A stretch of DNA of 56,230 bases, the filler included, from Squatina squatina (lineage: Eukaryota), in the NCBI GenBank assembly GCA_031763465.1. It is 3 parts of 3 records of this genome, joined end to end, with 100 filler letters (N's around TTAATTAATTAA, not from the genome) between each part and the next. Parts side by side here need not be neighbours in the genome. Positions count along the whole stretch, not along the records: positions 1 to 25,078 come from JARFOE010000234.1; 2 more parts are not named here. One strand, 5' to 3'. A model generated the notes under the pieces. The model was given only the letters and a program-made list of their open reading frames with translations, was not told the origin of the DNA and ran no database searches. Below, piece by piece: positions 1 through 12,800 of this stretch. Each line of letters opens with the position of its first letter. Position 1 is the first letter of the stretch. Made by a program: the position numbers and the translations under genes.

Positions 1-180
1 TTTCATGTCCAATCTGGCATGTCGAACCTGATCAAAGGGCTTGCTAAAATACATATAGACTACATCAAATGCACTACCCTTATTGAGCCTCCTTGTTACC
101 TCCTCAAAAAATTCAATCAAGTTCATCAGACACAACCTTCCCTGAACAAACCCATGCTGACTGTTCCTGATTAATCCGTG
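1..180 (-). mobile_element. CR1-clade LINE reverse transcriptase fragment
   Basis: The minus strand reads approximately GLIRNSQHGFVQGRLCLMNLIEFFEEVT...DVVYMYFSKPFD, the CR1 RT QHGF...DFSKAFD region. Confidence 0.8.
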
Positions 181-709
181 AAGGCTGGAATCTGACTAGT
201 TTCTGGATCCAAATCAAATACCTGCCCTTTGCCAATGGAAAGTTCTTGATAAATGATGGACACAACTCGATGGTTTCCCAAATTTTGATTCAGTTCGCAG
301 ATCTGAACCAACACACCAGATAATGAGAAATATGTTTTGCATCAGGTTGAAGGTTTTCAAAGAAGACTGACAAAACCTGATGCAAAATAATGAATTTTCA
401 TGTTCCGGATGTTGAGGCTGTTTCAAAATTACTTAATTAATGTGCTGAAAAGAAAGATTTTTGCACAATTAAGGCTAATTGAATTATATTCTTAAATGGA
501 TGAAGTTGTGGTGCCTGCCTCATTAAAATGATAATGAAGCTTCTGATTATCAAACTGCTTAGTAATTGCTGTTAGTTCAATGAAGAAATAACTAATTATA
601 AATAAAATAAACAGAACTTTCCCCTGGTCATCTTTCATTAGTTTTGATCCCAGCGCGCAACCTTTCATTGAACCTTTCATTACAATTCCTTTGCCTCAGT
701 GATGGAATC

Positions 710-795
710 TTTAGCTCTCCCCAGTGTCCTGGCAAACATTTATCCATCAACCAACATCTTGGAGAACAGATGATCTGGTCATTATCACAGTGCTG
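710..795 (+). mobile_element. Deu-domain SINE fragment
   Basis: ctccccagtgtcctggcaaacatttatccatcaaccaacat...atctggtcattatcaca matches the other SINE copies in this window. Confidence 0.65.
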
Positions 796-797
796 TC

Positions 798-1045
798 GAG
801 TAGATGAGAAAAATTATTTTTTTAATAGTGAGTTGTTACGATCTGGCATGCACTGCCTGAAAGGGTGGAGGAAGCAGATTCAATAGAAACTTTTAAAATA
901 TGTATACGTATTTGAAAAGGAAAAATTTGTGGGGCTGTAGGAAAAGAGCAAGGGAATGGGACTAATTGGCTAGCACTTTCAAAGAACTGGCATCGGCACA
1001 ATAGGCTGAATGGCTACCTTCTGTGCTGTACCATTTTATCATTCT
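798..1045 (+). mobile_element. CR1 LINE 3' end
   Basis: gatctggcatgcactgcctgaaagggtggaggaagcagattcaatag...ggctgaatggctaccttctgtgctgta; same tail as the copy at 52555-52830. Confidence 0.7.
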
Positions 1046-1384
1046 GTTTCCATTCAGATACTTTTAANNNNNNNNNNNNNNNNNNNNNNNNNNNNNNNNN
1101 NNNNNNNNNNNNNNNNNNNNNNNNNNNNNNNNNNNNNNNNNNNNNNNNNNNNNNNNNNNNNNNNNNNGCACACGCACACACTCACCACACACCGAGGTTC
1201 CTTTCCGACTCAGCAGTACTGCAGACAATGCTGGAGACTTTCAACTGCATGAGCCATTATCATTTTCATTATGTCCCCTGCGCACTGCCTGTCATTTATC
1301 TTCCCTCCAGTTATTTGTTCACTAATGGCTCCAACTAATGCAGGCCTCTCCTGCCGAAGAACGAGAAATATTTGGACGCATATA

Positions 1385-1535
1385 GCATGTATGAGACAGA
1401 AACAGGTCATTCGGCCCAACAAGCCCATGCCGGCTGCTTCTGCTGCACATGAGCCTCCATCTAACGCTGTTAGCATAACCTTTTATTCCTTTCTTCCTTA
1501 CATGTTTATCTAGATTCCCCTCAAACGCATCTAGT
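1385..1535 (-). mobile_element. CR1-type 3' tail fragment
   Basis: acagaaacaggtcattcggcccaacaagcccatgccgg; similar short tails recur near 15050, 19190, 21010, 43560 and 44380. Confidence 0.55.
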
Positions 1536-3011
1536 GAGCAAGGTTTGAAAATTAGGAGGAAAATGTTTCCAAATGATGGTTGCAGATATACAAATCCACA
1601 GAATGAAGAGCACTTGATAGCTACACAGATAAAGCATATGTTGCAACTGCGCTATTGTCGTAAGCAAATTGAAAAAAAGGAAAAACTGCGTGCAGTGCTC
1701 ATCTGGCAAGCTTAAGCTTGCAGACCTTCCTCCAATTACCTAGATTATTGTCAGATGAACGAAGGCTCAGGTGAATAGAAGATCACAGTCCTCAATTAAA
1801 GCACAGGAGGTGGCCAACTTGATTATATCAAGTTCAACACCTCTTGCAGTCCTGCTACCATTGCTGCTATCTGTCACAGCCAAGAATCTACCACCATTGA
1901 TAGCGCAGTTCAAAAAGAAAGTCTACAAGATTGCTAATCACTAATGTGCTTGTTCAGTATAAAGGATATTGTGAATGCCACTGCACGGGTAAAAGATTAC
2001 AGAGATCAGTGTCACTTATTAAGAAAAAAGCTCATGAATATTATTGGCACACTGCACTGACCCTTTGAGGAGTTCAATGGCATCCGTGCATCAAAATGAT
2101 ACAAAGATGATTTCATGTCAGAACATGTTTTAACCCTTGCCTACCTAAACCAGCTGTGCAATGTCATGGGTNNNNNNNNNNNNNNNNNNNNNNNNNNNNN
2201 NNNNNNNNNNNNNNNNNNNNNNNNNNNNNNNNNNNNNNNNNNNNNNNNNNNNNNNNNNNNNNNNNNNNNNNCCAACCTGACGAAGGGAACATTCCCCGCA
2301 CCCAGCCTGCTTATTTCTAGGCCATGGTAATTTTGAAGCTTACAACACAAGGCCAAATAAAGAAGCTTCTGGAAATATCGCAGTGTCGTTTTAAAAGTCT
2401 CCGATTTTGCACTTGGCATCTGGATGTGCTTTATATGAAAAAATGAATGCGCAATTTGTGGGGCATGCAGAGACTAGCTTAGAGCACATTTGTCTACTGT
2501 CTTTATAATTCACCTACAGCAACATCATTATTTTTGCAAATATGGAAACATAATCTCATTATACAATGATGCATTATTTCTCTTGCATTTTGTGGTGCCA
2601 TGAAGCAACATAACTGAAGGCTTAAATGGTTGATATTTGCTGAATGGTTATTTGTCCTGGAGTAATTAAGATAAATCTGTTTTCCAGACAAAAGGGTAGA
2701 AATGTTTGGCATAAATTTGCACTAATCTGATTAACATAAAGGACTTCATTTAATAGAGGCAGGGCCAGAGGTAACAATTAAAATTTAGTAGCTTATGTTC
2801 TCAATATCTGCTGCAGTTTGCTGTGGAATTTAACTTTAGGTTCCATAATCTTACAAACATCACTGGTTTTGCCAAAGCTGTTTATTTTTAAAATTGTTCT
2901 CAGCCCCCAGAGATTACTAAACTTCCAAAATCACACAGCTTCTGCTACAAGTCTTATTTCTCCTTTGTGTTTTATTATTATTCATTGTTTGAATATGATT
3001 TTGCATAAGGT

Positions 3012-3246
3012 TGACTGGCACCCCATCCACCAACTTAAACATTCACTCCCTCCACCATTGGCACGCCGTGGCTTCAGTGAGTACCTTCTACAAGATGCAC
3101 TAGCAACTCGCCAAGGCTTCCTCAGCAACATCTCCCAGGCCCACGACCTCTACCACTTAGAAGGACAAGGGCAGCAGACGCATGGGAACACCAACCCCTG
3201 CAAGTTCCCTTCCAAGTCACACTCCATCCTGACTTGGAAATACATC
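3012..3246 (+). mobile_element. Non-LTR LINE fragment (second CR1/L2-group family), degenerate ORF2 3' region
   Basis: gactggcaccccatccaccaacttaaacattcactccctccacca...ctacaagatgcactagcaactcgccaaggcttc; continues the family seen at 52260-52555. Confidence 0.6.
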
Positions 3247-3346
3247 NNNNNNNNNNNNNNNNNNNNNNNNNNNNNNNNNNNNNNNNNNNNNNNNNNNNNN
3301 NNNNNNNNNNNNNNNNNNNNNNNNNNNNNNNNNNNNNNNNNNNNNN

Positions 3347-4430
3347 TAGTGGATGCATTGGTTGTCATCTTCCAAAATTCTATAGATTCTGGAATGGTTC
3401 CTGCAGATTGGAGGGTTGCAAATTTAACCCCACTATTTAAGGAGGGCAAGGGAATTAGACCCATCAGCCTGACATCAGTAGTAGGGAAAATGCTAGAGTC
3501 TATTATAAAGGATGCAACAGGACACTTAAATAGCAATAGGATTAAACCGAGCCATTTATGAAAGGGAAATCATGTATGACAAACCTACTGCAATTTTGGA
3601 GGATCTACTAGCAGAGTAAATAAGGGAGAACCAGTGGATGTGGTGAATTTGGATTTCCAGAAGGCTTTTGATAAAGGTCCCACACAAGTTAGTGCGCAAA
3701 ATTAGAGCACATGGGATTTGGGTGGGGGTTAGAGAATAAATATACTGGCATGGATGGAGAATTGTTAACAGTAGGAATAAATGGGTCATTTTCAGGCTGG
3801 CTGGCAGGCAGTGACTAGTTGGCTGCTGCAGGGATCAGTGCTTGGGCCCCAGCTAGTCAATATTATAGAGGATTTGGATGAGGGGGACCAAATGCACAAA
3901 ATATGTTGGCCTTTGAATACAGGAGCAAGATATCTTACTGCAATTATGTAGGACCTTGGTGAGACTGCACTCCAGTATTGTGTACAGTTTTGGTCTCCTT
4001 ACCCAAGGAAGGATATACTTGCCATAGAGGGAGTGCAACAAAGATTCATCAGACTGATTCCTGGGGTGGCAGGATTGTTGAGAGATTGAGTAGACTGCAC
4101 TTCTATTCTCTGGAATAGAGAGGTTCTCATTGAAACATACAAAATTCGTACAGGGCTCGATAGGGTAGATGCAGAGAGGATGGTTCCCTTGACTGGGAGT
4201 CAGAGCCATGGGTCAATCTCTGAATAAGGGGTAGGCCATTTAGGACTGAGATGGAGAATCTTTGGAGTTCTCCATGAGAGTCAGTCCTGGGAGTACATTC
4301 AAAACAGTGAGATTTCTGGAGATTATAAAGGAAATCAAGGGATGTGGGATAGTGATAGGAGGTAGATCAGCTATGATCTTGTTGAATGGTAGAGCAGGCT
4401 AGAGGGGCTGAATGGCCTATTCCTGCTCTG
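3347..4430 (+). mobile_element. CR1 LINE, degenerate ORF2 (RT) through the 3' tail
   Basis: VDALVVIFQNSIDSGMVPADWRVANLTPLFK...RPISLTSVVGKMLESIIKD, then DFQKAFDK, GSVLGP and CVQFWSPY motifs with frameshifts and deletions. Ends in the ggctgaatggcctattcctgct tail. Confidence 0.88.
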
Positions 4431-6853
4431 CTCCCATTGCAGTGTTGTGTAACCAGAGCACTGTGGCTCTCCAGCAACAATCAGATCGACAGGGCCCAGA
4501 GACAAGTTCAGCAAGGAAGGTGGGGGTACATTCAAGTTCAGAGGGTGATCAGTTGGCAGGGAGAGCAGCTTCAGGTCAGCTGGGGCTGGTACTTTACAAT
4601 AGTTGCTTTAAGCCAGGAAAGATTACTGCTGCTTCTTCCAACTCCAAATACAGCCAGCTTCATGTTGAAGTGTAGAAAATTTGGGGGTCCAAGGCAGACC
4701 TGTGTCATACCAAGTCCTGCACTATAGCAAGGTCCCAGTATAGGTATCACCTCAAAAGTTGATTTTTCAAACATGATTTCCTTCCCAAGTATTGACTCTG
4801 CCAATCAGGATTCAGTGCCCTGTTACATCTAAGATTTTCCCTCCTACAAATATCAGGCTAACTGGTCTACAGTTCAGTTTCCTTTCTTCCTAATCCTCCT
4901 GCTCCCTCAACTAAACTTGATTTTTCCTCTACAGCAAGGGAAAGTGTGATTAAGAAACTTTGGAATACAAAGGGAAACGCTCTAGACCATTAGCATTGAG
5001 CAATAGGCCTCTGAAATGCAAGAATAAGCAAAAAGTAGCACCAGACATATTAGCTTTCAAGGTGTGAAAGCAATGTAGTTACAACACTAGCACCATGAAG
5101 GCAAATTACATCCTAATTGAAAGGAAGACAGAAATGGGAAAGACAACCAAGGTCTGTTCCTGTAGGGCTTGGTTGGAAAACCAGGAGGGCAAAGGAGACA
5201 GAGGTTAAATGGACCACTTGTAGGTCAGAAGAGAGAAGGTTTTGGATAGTAATGTTGTCAAGACAGCTTTGCAAGTAGTCAATACCAGGGATTTGGCTGA
5301 AGGAGAAAAGAGTCCTTCATTTGAAGTAGATATTCTGGTAGAGCCAAGAACTGAATACATGGAGGTCACTTGAAGCTTATGCAACACTATAGGACCAACT
5401 AGTGCAGTATTCAGGTCAAGGACAAGAAACAACAGTGTGAAATGGAATGGGTGGAGAAGGTTGGAAGCTGTTTATAAAACAAGAGGTCCCACTACTGGAC
5501 TAGGTGCTACATAGAATGTAGAGCCATTGTAAAATGGCAGTTGCATATTTCTACAAGGGTAGTAAATTCAAGTCATCCTAGCCTTCACTACAGCAGAGGC
5601 AGATTCAGAGCTTACAGTCTGGTGAATCTGTGAAACATGTGCAGCATCTACTTCAGCCATATTATAATGGCACTAGTGCAATGGAGTGGCAGACAGAACA
5701 ATCCTGATTATCCTATCAGTCATTTGCATAATAGGCTGCTCCAGCACCTATCATGCTGTCTATTACCTTTCATTTCTACCTATAGGAGCAGAACTAAAAG
5801 TACTTATTATAGACCAATCATGGAAGAGTTGACAAGAGCACTACCACAGGGCTGGAGTCTGCAGATAGAGCAGCCATTGTTCATGTCAGTTACCTGACAG
5901 GTGGAGTGAAATTCAATATTGGAGTCACAGCATCACCTACAGGCACAACTGCAAACTTCAAATAAGTGTTGAAATGTGAATATGTGACCCACATACCAAA
6001 TAGATATGGAAATCTATTAACTTGCAGGAGGGGAGGGTTTACAAGTATTTCACAAGACCATTCATTGGATTTACATTGTGGCACCACACTGATTTAATGT
6101 AGTAAATCAGCACACCAAGATTGGGTTTTTAAAAAGATTCCTGGAATGAGATGCTCCAACCAGGAAGAGGAAAAAGTTTACCAAGCCAGTTCAAATTCAA
6201 TTGGTTTTATTTGTTCAATGCCACAAATGCATTTTTTACAAGAATTAGTACAAGAATTAAGAAGACGATTGCTGAACAGCTTCCCAGCACCCACAGCCAG
6301 TAAGAATGCACTACACCACCTGAAAGACAAAAAACGATTGAATGTCTTCCTTATTTCACATGTCTCTACAGGATACTTAAAATGCATTGCCAAACATTGG
6401 CAGTCCTCCAGGGTCTCTGCTGGGAAAGTTGTTACACAAGGGATCTTGTAACTCTGAACTGGAAGGAGAAAAACCCTGCACTCAGCACCTGACCTACATT
6501 CAGTGGCTTAAACCTGCACAGCCAGTGTGATCTCAGCAGATCAGGAGGCAGCAGCTGCAAAAGCACCTCGGGAGTAGCCTGCCAAAACTCAATGGCGATT
6601 TGATCAAGGTACACAAGTCACCATCTTCAGGAGCTTGTGGGCCTGTTGAAAGATGGTGGCCATTAGTCAATTTAGTTTAAAAGAGTTCTGTTGAGCAGGA
6701 CAGGGCTGATTCCTTTCCAACAACCTGTGAGCAGGTTAATCAAGCAAGCACTTGGAAGGATAAAGTGTTAAAAGCACAACCAGCAAGTCAGATTAGTCAT
6801 CTAGTATCAAAACTAAATTGGCCAAGAGAATGCTGCTTTTTAAAGTCTTCCAT

Positions 6854-9800
6854 TCATTTTGAATAAGTGTTTGACTCACTTGGTTCATTCTTTGCTTGTT
6901 CCAGTGTTCCAGCAAACAGCCACACTTCGCCAAGCGATACATAATCTTGGAGCATATCCAGGTGGGTGCTCTGACCTACAAGAATTTAAGCATCAGTTCA
7001 TAGCAGATCAGAACAGTCAAGCTCAAATTAGTTGTACATCCACCATTTCTTACCTGGTTTTCCAGGTATGCATTGGCCATTGCAAGAAGAGTTGGTAGCT
7101 AATTGTTTACTACCACAAACCCCAACACGGCAGTGGAAGTATACCTGTAAATATAGTTGCATTGTTAATAATGCATTCTTGTAGTGAATTAAGTGCACAT
7201 CAGAAGATATCTAGCGTGAAGTGCTAAATCAAGCACATGGAAAGATGTCCTTTAAGTTAGGGTGAAGTGATCAATCTAAGAATGCCTGAAATTTATTTGC
7301 AATCTGCAGACTTACTTTCTTTGGCAAGGCAGTTTGTTTTGCTGGAGACAGTTTCAGTGTTTTTACTTCAAATCTTTTCAGCTGGTGGGAATACTGGATA
7401 CTGTTGGATACTGGGTGGAAGGCAGCCATGAACATTTCTTCATTATTCTCACAACTGTTTAGGCAGACAGATATTTAGTTTAGATGGACAATAGGAGGAG
7501 AAGTAATAGCTAGACATGTACACTTCATTACCCACCCGGCCTGAATAATATGCCACTGTGGTGGGCTGTTATGATCAGGAGTTGTAGTCATCCAGCACTG
7601 ATCCAGCAATAAGCTAGTTTGGGGATCTTTGTGGTTTAGTAGCTCAACTTCAAAATAGAGGGATTCTGTCCAATTTACCACCACTGGGTATTCTTCATCT
7701 TTGTAGAAATCCAAGTAATCAGCACCTATGGAGGTACAAGTTATATTTATATTATTTAATCAGGGAATGAAGAGATTAAAATGTAGTGTTAGTCCAGCTT
7801 ACTTTTGTAAATCTTTGAATGTAGGTCCAAAGTATGCCTTGGCTTCTTGTGCCCTAAAAATTTAAGAGAAGAGAGCTGCATTACTTCTGCACAATATTTT
7901 TAAAACTAAGATCAGTTAGATGAGACTTAACCCATCTCCTGCCCAGTTTGAATTAGCCTGAATAGGAAATTATGTATGGTCAAAGAATACATTTCAATAG
8001 CAAGCCAAGCCTCTGAACAGTTCATGGTTAATTTAGTGGCTTTCAGGTCACTTCATTAGATAATTAGCAAGGTCTAGAGTAAATAAATATACTGAAGCCC
8101 ATTTTACTCAATATGCAGTTACAAGCTCTATAGCAAAGCTCAGTTTATCCAAATTACTGTAGGCAAGGTGCAGGCATTTTAAATAAATAGTGTTATGGAC
8201 TGTGGGAAGTTACTTTCAAAGCCAACTTGAAAAGCATGCTCCACATTATTGTAACCAAAATCAGACCAATAGGCATCTTACCCCTCACTATTTGCCATCC
8301 ATAGGCTGTAGAATTATGACCATTGTCTTTCTGATATTCCTTCACAAACCCAAGGGTTACAGTATCATTTATTTGGTACCGACAAGAGATGGTTAACCTA
8401 TTGGGAAAACAAACCAAGCTTTTACCACCACCACTCTACAAGTTTACAGATATCCATTTTGCACAGCTGTATTTACCGATAATCTGGGTCTCTGGTTATT
8501 ACTGGGAAGTCAACAGGAATCAGCTCTCTTGGGTATGAAACTTCATTCTCATAAATCAAGTAGTTGTCTTTAATCTAAAAGAGGGAGACAATACAAGATT
8601 AGCCCCAAAACCCACTTACTCCAGAATTTCTTTTGGGGGTGGGAAGAGGAGGTCTTTGTAGTTGCAATTTAAAGTGCAGCAACACCCCACTTCTGACTTA
8701 CTGTTCTGGTGGTGCCACAGCTATTAATGTGAAATTGGAAGAGGGCTTTATTGTGATCAAATTCCTTTGGTTGACATTTTCCATCCTTCAGTAACATTTT
8801 ACTAGGATCTAGGTCAGGTAGTGTATCTACGACTGCAGTTACCACCATGGTTCCATTTGGAAAGCACACTAAAATAAAGAAGTTTGATTAATTATGAAGT
8901 TAACTATCATTTGAATCAGATTCAGAAAATATTTTAGAACTTGCCTGCAAGGTCTGCAGGAGGAAACCTGCAGGACACTGAGAAAGGGACCTCAATCCTC
9001 AGTGTATTTTTGTCCTTCAGGGTAAGGTTAAGCTGAACTACAATTCCATGAAGATTCAGTTCCTAAAGAAAAAGTTGGGCTGGAGTTACTTCATGCAAAA
9101 AAGTAGAAGGTGGCAAAAAGAGAAAATGTGCGCCACATACCTCATAAATCACACCCATTGCAGAGAGTGGGGCACCAAATAAAATATGGGTGGTATTATC
9201 GACAAGCAGGTACCCATAATCATGTGCAGATTGTGGGGTTACTAGCATTTTACCAATGAATGGAAGCCAGTAATGCACCAAGTTACCAATAGTTACTAGC
9301 AAGTATAGGTTCTTTTGGTCACAGAATCCAGTGGCCTTGGGCAATACTAGAAGGGAAAACAAAGTTAATTTTCTGTACTGTTTTGTTCATACAGAAGTGT
9401 TTGTTAAATACTTACCAATATCTGGCACTTCATATATCATTTCAACATGCTGGGTAAATAGTTCATTTTCTGGGATTATGTTGAATGTATAGATGACATT
9501 CAATATATAGCATCTGATGTCAGAATGTAGATGCTGTAAATGAAACAAATGTACTTTTTGTAGTTGAGAAAAAGCTGTAGGTTCTACAGTAGATGGGCAC
9601 ATATGCTGATAGCATATGATAATTAACTCATGCCATGTTAATACACATGCATTATTGTATTAGAACCTTAGGCTATTACTTGTGCTTTCCCACCCCCAAA
9701 ACAACTTACTTTTAGTCCCACATTCTTACTAGACAATCAAATAATCCTTTGATTAACTAGACTATGAATGCTATTGATTTGTACTGGACATTTCCTCCAA

Positions 9801-12800
9801 ATTTTCACCTTCATCCAAATGGTTGGAAAGAATGTGGAAAAATTTAGGGGTTGGGGCAGGGTTCAAAACAACAAGTCCATTTAAACCCTTGAGCTAGGTG
9901 TAACTACAGTTACAATCTGAACCCCCCTCAGGTGAAGGAAGTTGATAATCTCAGCACAAAGACAGTCAAAACAAAAATTGAGTATCCAGCTGAATTTGTT
10001 GTCAACCCCGCTCCAAAGTTAAGGCAGTCATTGAAGGCAACAACCCAAAAAGCTAGAGTAGCATTTATAGACTGTTTCAAGCCAACAGCTCAGGCTATTA
10101 GTAGATCTGGCTGTCTGACAAGCTATATCCCTAAAGGAGGTAGCCCAAAATGTTTGTGACCAGCATTTAAGAACTTTATTTATTTAAAATACTGTTTATT
10201 CAGTGCTCAAAGTCTAAATTTGAATTGCAGTTTGTGGACAAACATGTTCACTGTCAATGTGGATAATTTATTGTAAAAGCTCATTCATCCAATGCTTTGG
10301 AACAGGCTCTGGTTAGGTCCAGTTCTGATTACTTCAGCTGAGCAATGAACAAATAAATTTGGAATCGTAACTAGCTTGTATTTAATTGTTTAGTCAAGTA
10401 ATGACACAAGTTTCTACAACAGCATAGGAAAGGCATGATATAAATCATTTGAAGCCAAAGTGAGATACCATCTGTACAAGGATTAGACTGCCACTTTACC
10501 TCTTGCCTCACGTTTACATTCTCAAATGAAACTTCCAATATGTAGGCTTTAGTGTTGTTAGGCAATGTAGTTTCATAGATTTTGAAACCCATCTCATTGG
10601 CCTGATCCACTGTGACCATCTGTTTGCCTACATTTAGTGTTATAAGCTCTACATCAGGAAGGAAGTTTCCTAAAGTAATATTGAACACTCGCTTTTCTGG
10701 AATTGTATCTGGGAGAGAGAGAAAAAAAAAATTATCCAGAGAGAAAAAGTTATCTAAAGTGCTACTCCATGCAAGTGTCATCTTCTATATCACTTACTAT
10801 TGGTCACAATTGGTGGCTGAGGCACGAAGGGAGTGGCAACTGAATGGATCACTGTGTACTTGGTTAGCTTCCATTGATGTTCTACAAATAATTCTATGTA
10901 GTACAAAATGCCATATTGTTCATGAGCTATGTGGCTCTGAAACACAAGTTAGTAGCTGGTTATCAAGTAGTCCTCATCACTACAGCAACAGATTAGTTAA
11001 ATTCTATGTATTTAACTTTTGACCTTGGCAATATCACTTACAAACCTTGTAATAGCCACCTTCTGCTCCAATAGGAATGGTAACAACAATGTTTGTATCA
11101 TTGTAGGTCAATGTATAATTCATTTCAGCTATTATATCTTGGTTCAGTACAACATTGTTGACTCCCATAACAACAGAGTCATCATAGAACTGTTCTTCTG
11201 GGAAACTAAGTGAAGGGATCCTTCTTGGAATTCTCCATGTGATCTTATTCTCTGTGAAGGTAGTGCCATCTGTGATTAGAGGAGATAATACCAACATTGG
11301 TTAGTTTCTTAACTGCCAAATAGCTATTATGCTATTCACTATAGCAGCAAGTTCATTATCAACTATCCCTCCACTGGGCCTCAAGGTGCTTAGTGCATTT
11401 TGCAATAAATATTGCATTTCAATGTAATTCTTTATTGAAGCATGCTAAAACTCAAAGCAAGCTTCTTCAAATGGTCACATTACAGCATGGCTCAAAACAA
11501 ATCTCCCTCAAACATCAGTCAAGATACAAATAGCATATATCCCAATTCATCACATTGATACTTGTGACATACAATGCAAGAGTCAATATTAAAGTGGATA
11601 ATATAGGGGAGGTTTTCTTTTGGAAGTGTGACAAGGAATGCAATGTTAAGAGTGCACATATTGTTAAATGCAAACTCCTTGTGGATTTTGTAATAGCTTG
11701 GTTTAGAAACACAAGACACCCAGTTGACCAAAAATAAACATGCTCACCAGTAGGACAGGCCACTGCTGTGTCAATTAAGATGATCATCCATTCTTGTTTG
11801 TAGAAGGTGGTTGATCGGATGCTAGATAGTGGCACATTTTCTACCTACAAAGAACAAACTTGTGTTTATACAAGCACTTGCTAGCTGTCCCAAAGCACTT
11901 TGTAAAGTGTAGTCACTTCCAGTGTAGGAAATGTGGCAGCCAACTTGCATACAGCAAGCTCCCACAAACAGAGTGGGAATGATCAGATAATGGTGATGTT
12001 GACCGAGAAAGATATTGGTTAGGACACCAGGGATAACTCCACTGCTCTTAGTCCACTTGAGGGCAGATAGGGCTTCAGTTTGTTGCATACAAAGATGCCA
12101 TCTTAGACATTACAGCACTCCCTCAGCACTAGTGTCAGCCTAGGTGTGTGTGCTACGTCCCTGCAGTGGAACTTGAACCCATAATCTTTGGAGGTGAGGG
12201 TGCTACCAACTGAGCCACAGTTGAGATATGCTGCAATAAGATTATATTGCAAAAGTAACTTAAATTGAGCCATTTCTCAGTACTCACCATTAAGTGCTCA
12301 GCTTCAGTTGCATTATAGGGAGCTCTCAAGAATAGTCGGGAAACTGTTGTATCAATTCTGTAGTGAGCCCCCAAAGTTTCATTCACGGTCATGATTTTAA
12401 TTCCTTCATGAAGATGAAATACAACTTGCCAAACTGATTTTTCAGCTTCATGTGCCTAAAAATCATTTAAAGTGTTATTAACTAATGCAGTCAGATTCAG
12501 TCATTAACAAAATCAGGTCAAGCAACTTACTGATGGAACAGCTGCCATCCAATCTTCATTATAGTCATTTTCAATTCCTGGTATGATTCTTTGTACTGAA
12601 ACCTGCCCAATCACAGAAAGTAAGAGTTTCCAGGTCAATACACTAGAGGAAAAAAGGTTACTTGCCTAACTTTGCCATTCATTTTACTGGTAATGATCTC
12701 AAATACCCAATTATACATTCATCTCCCAGGAGTTAACTTAATATTTCCCCAATCTATAAACCAGATGTACAACTTAAGTTACACTAGGAACAAGCCAACA

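Noticed and set aside
2818-3561. 247-aa ORF
   Set aside because: Chimera of unique sequence, two different LINE fragments and a gap.
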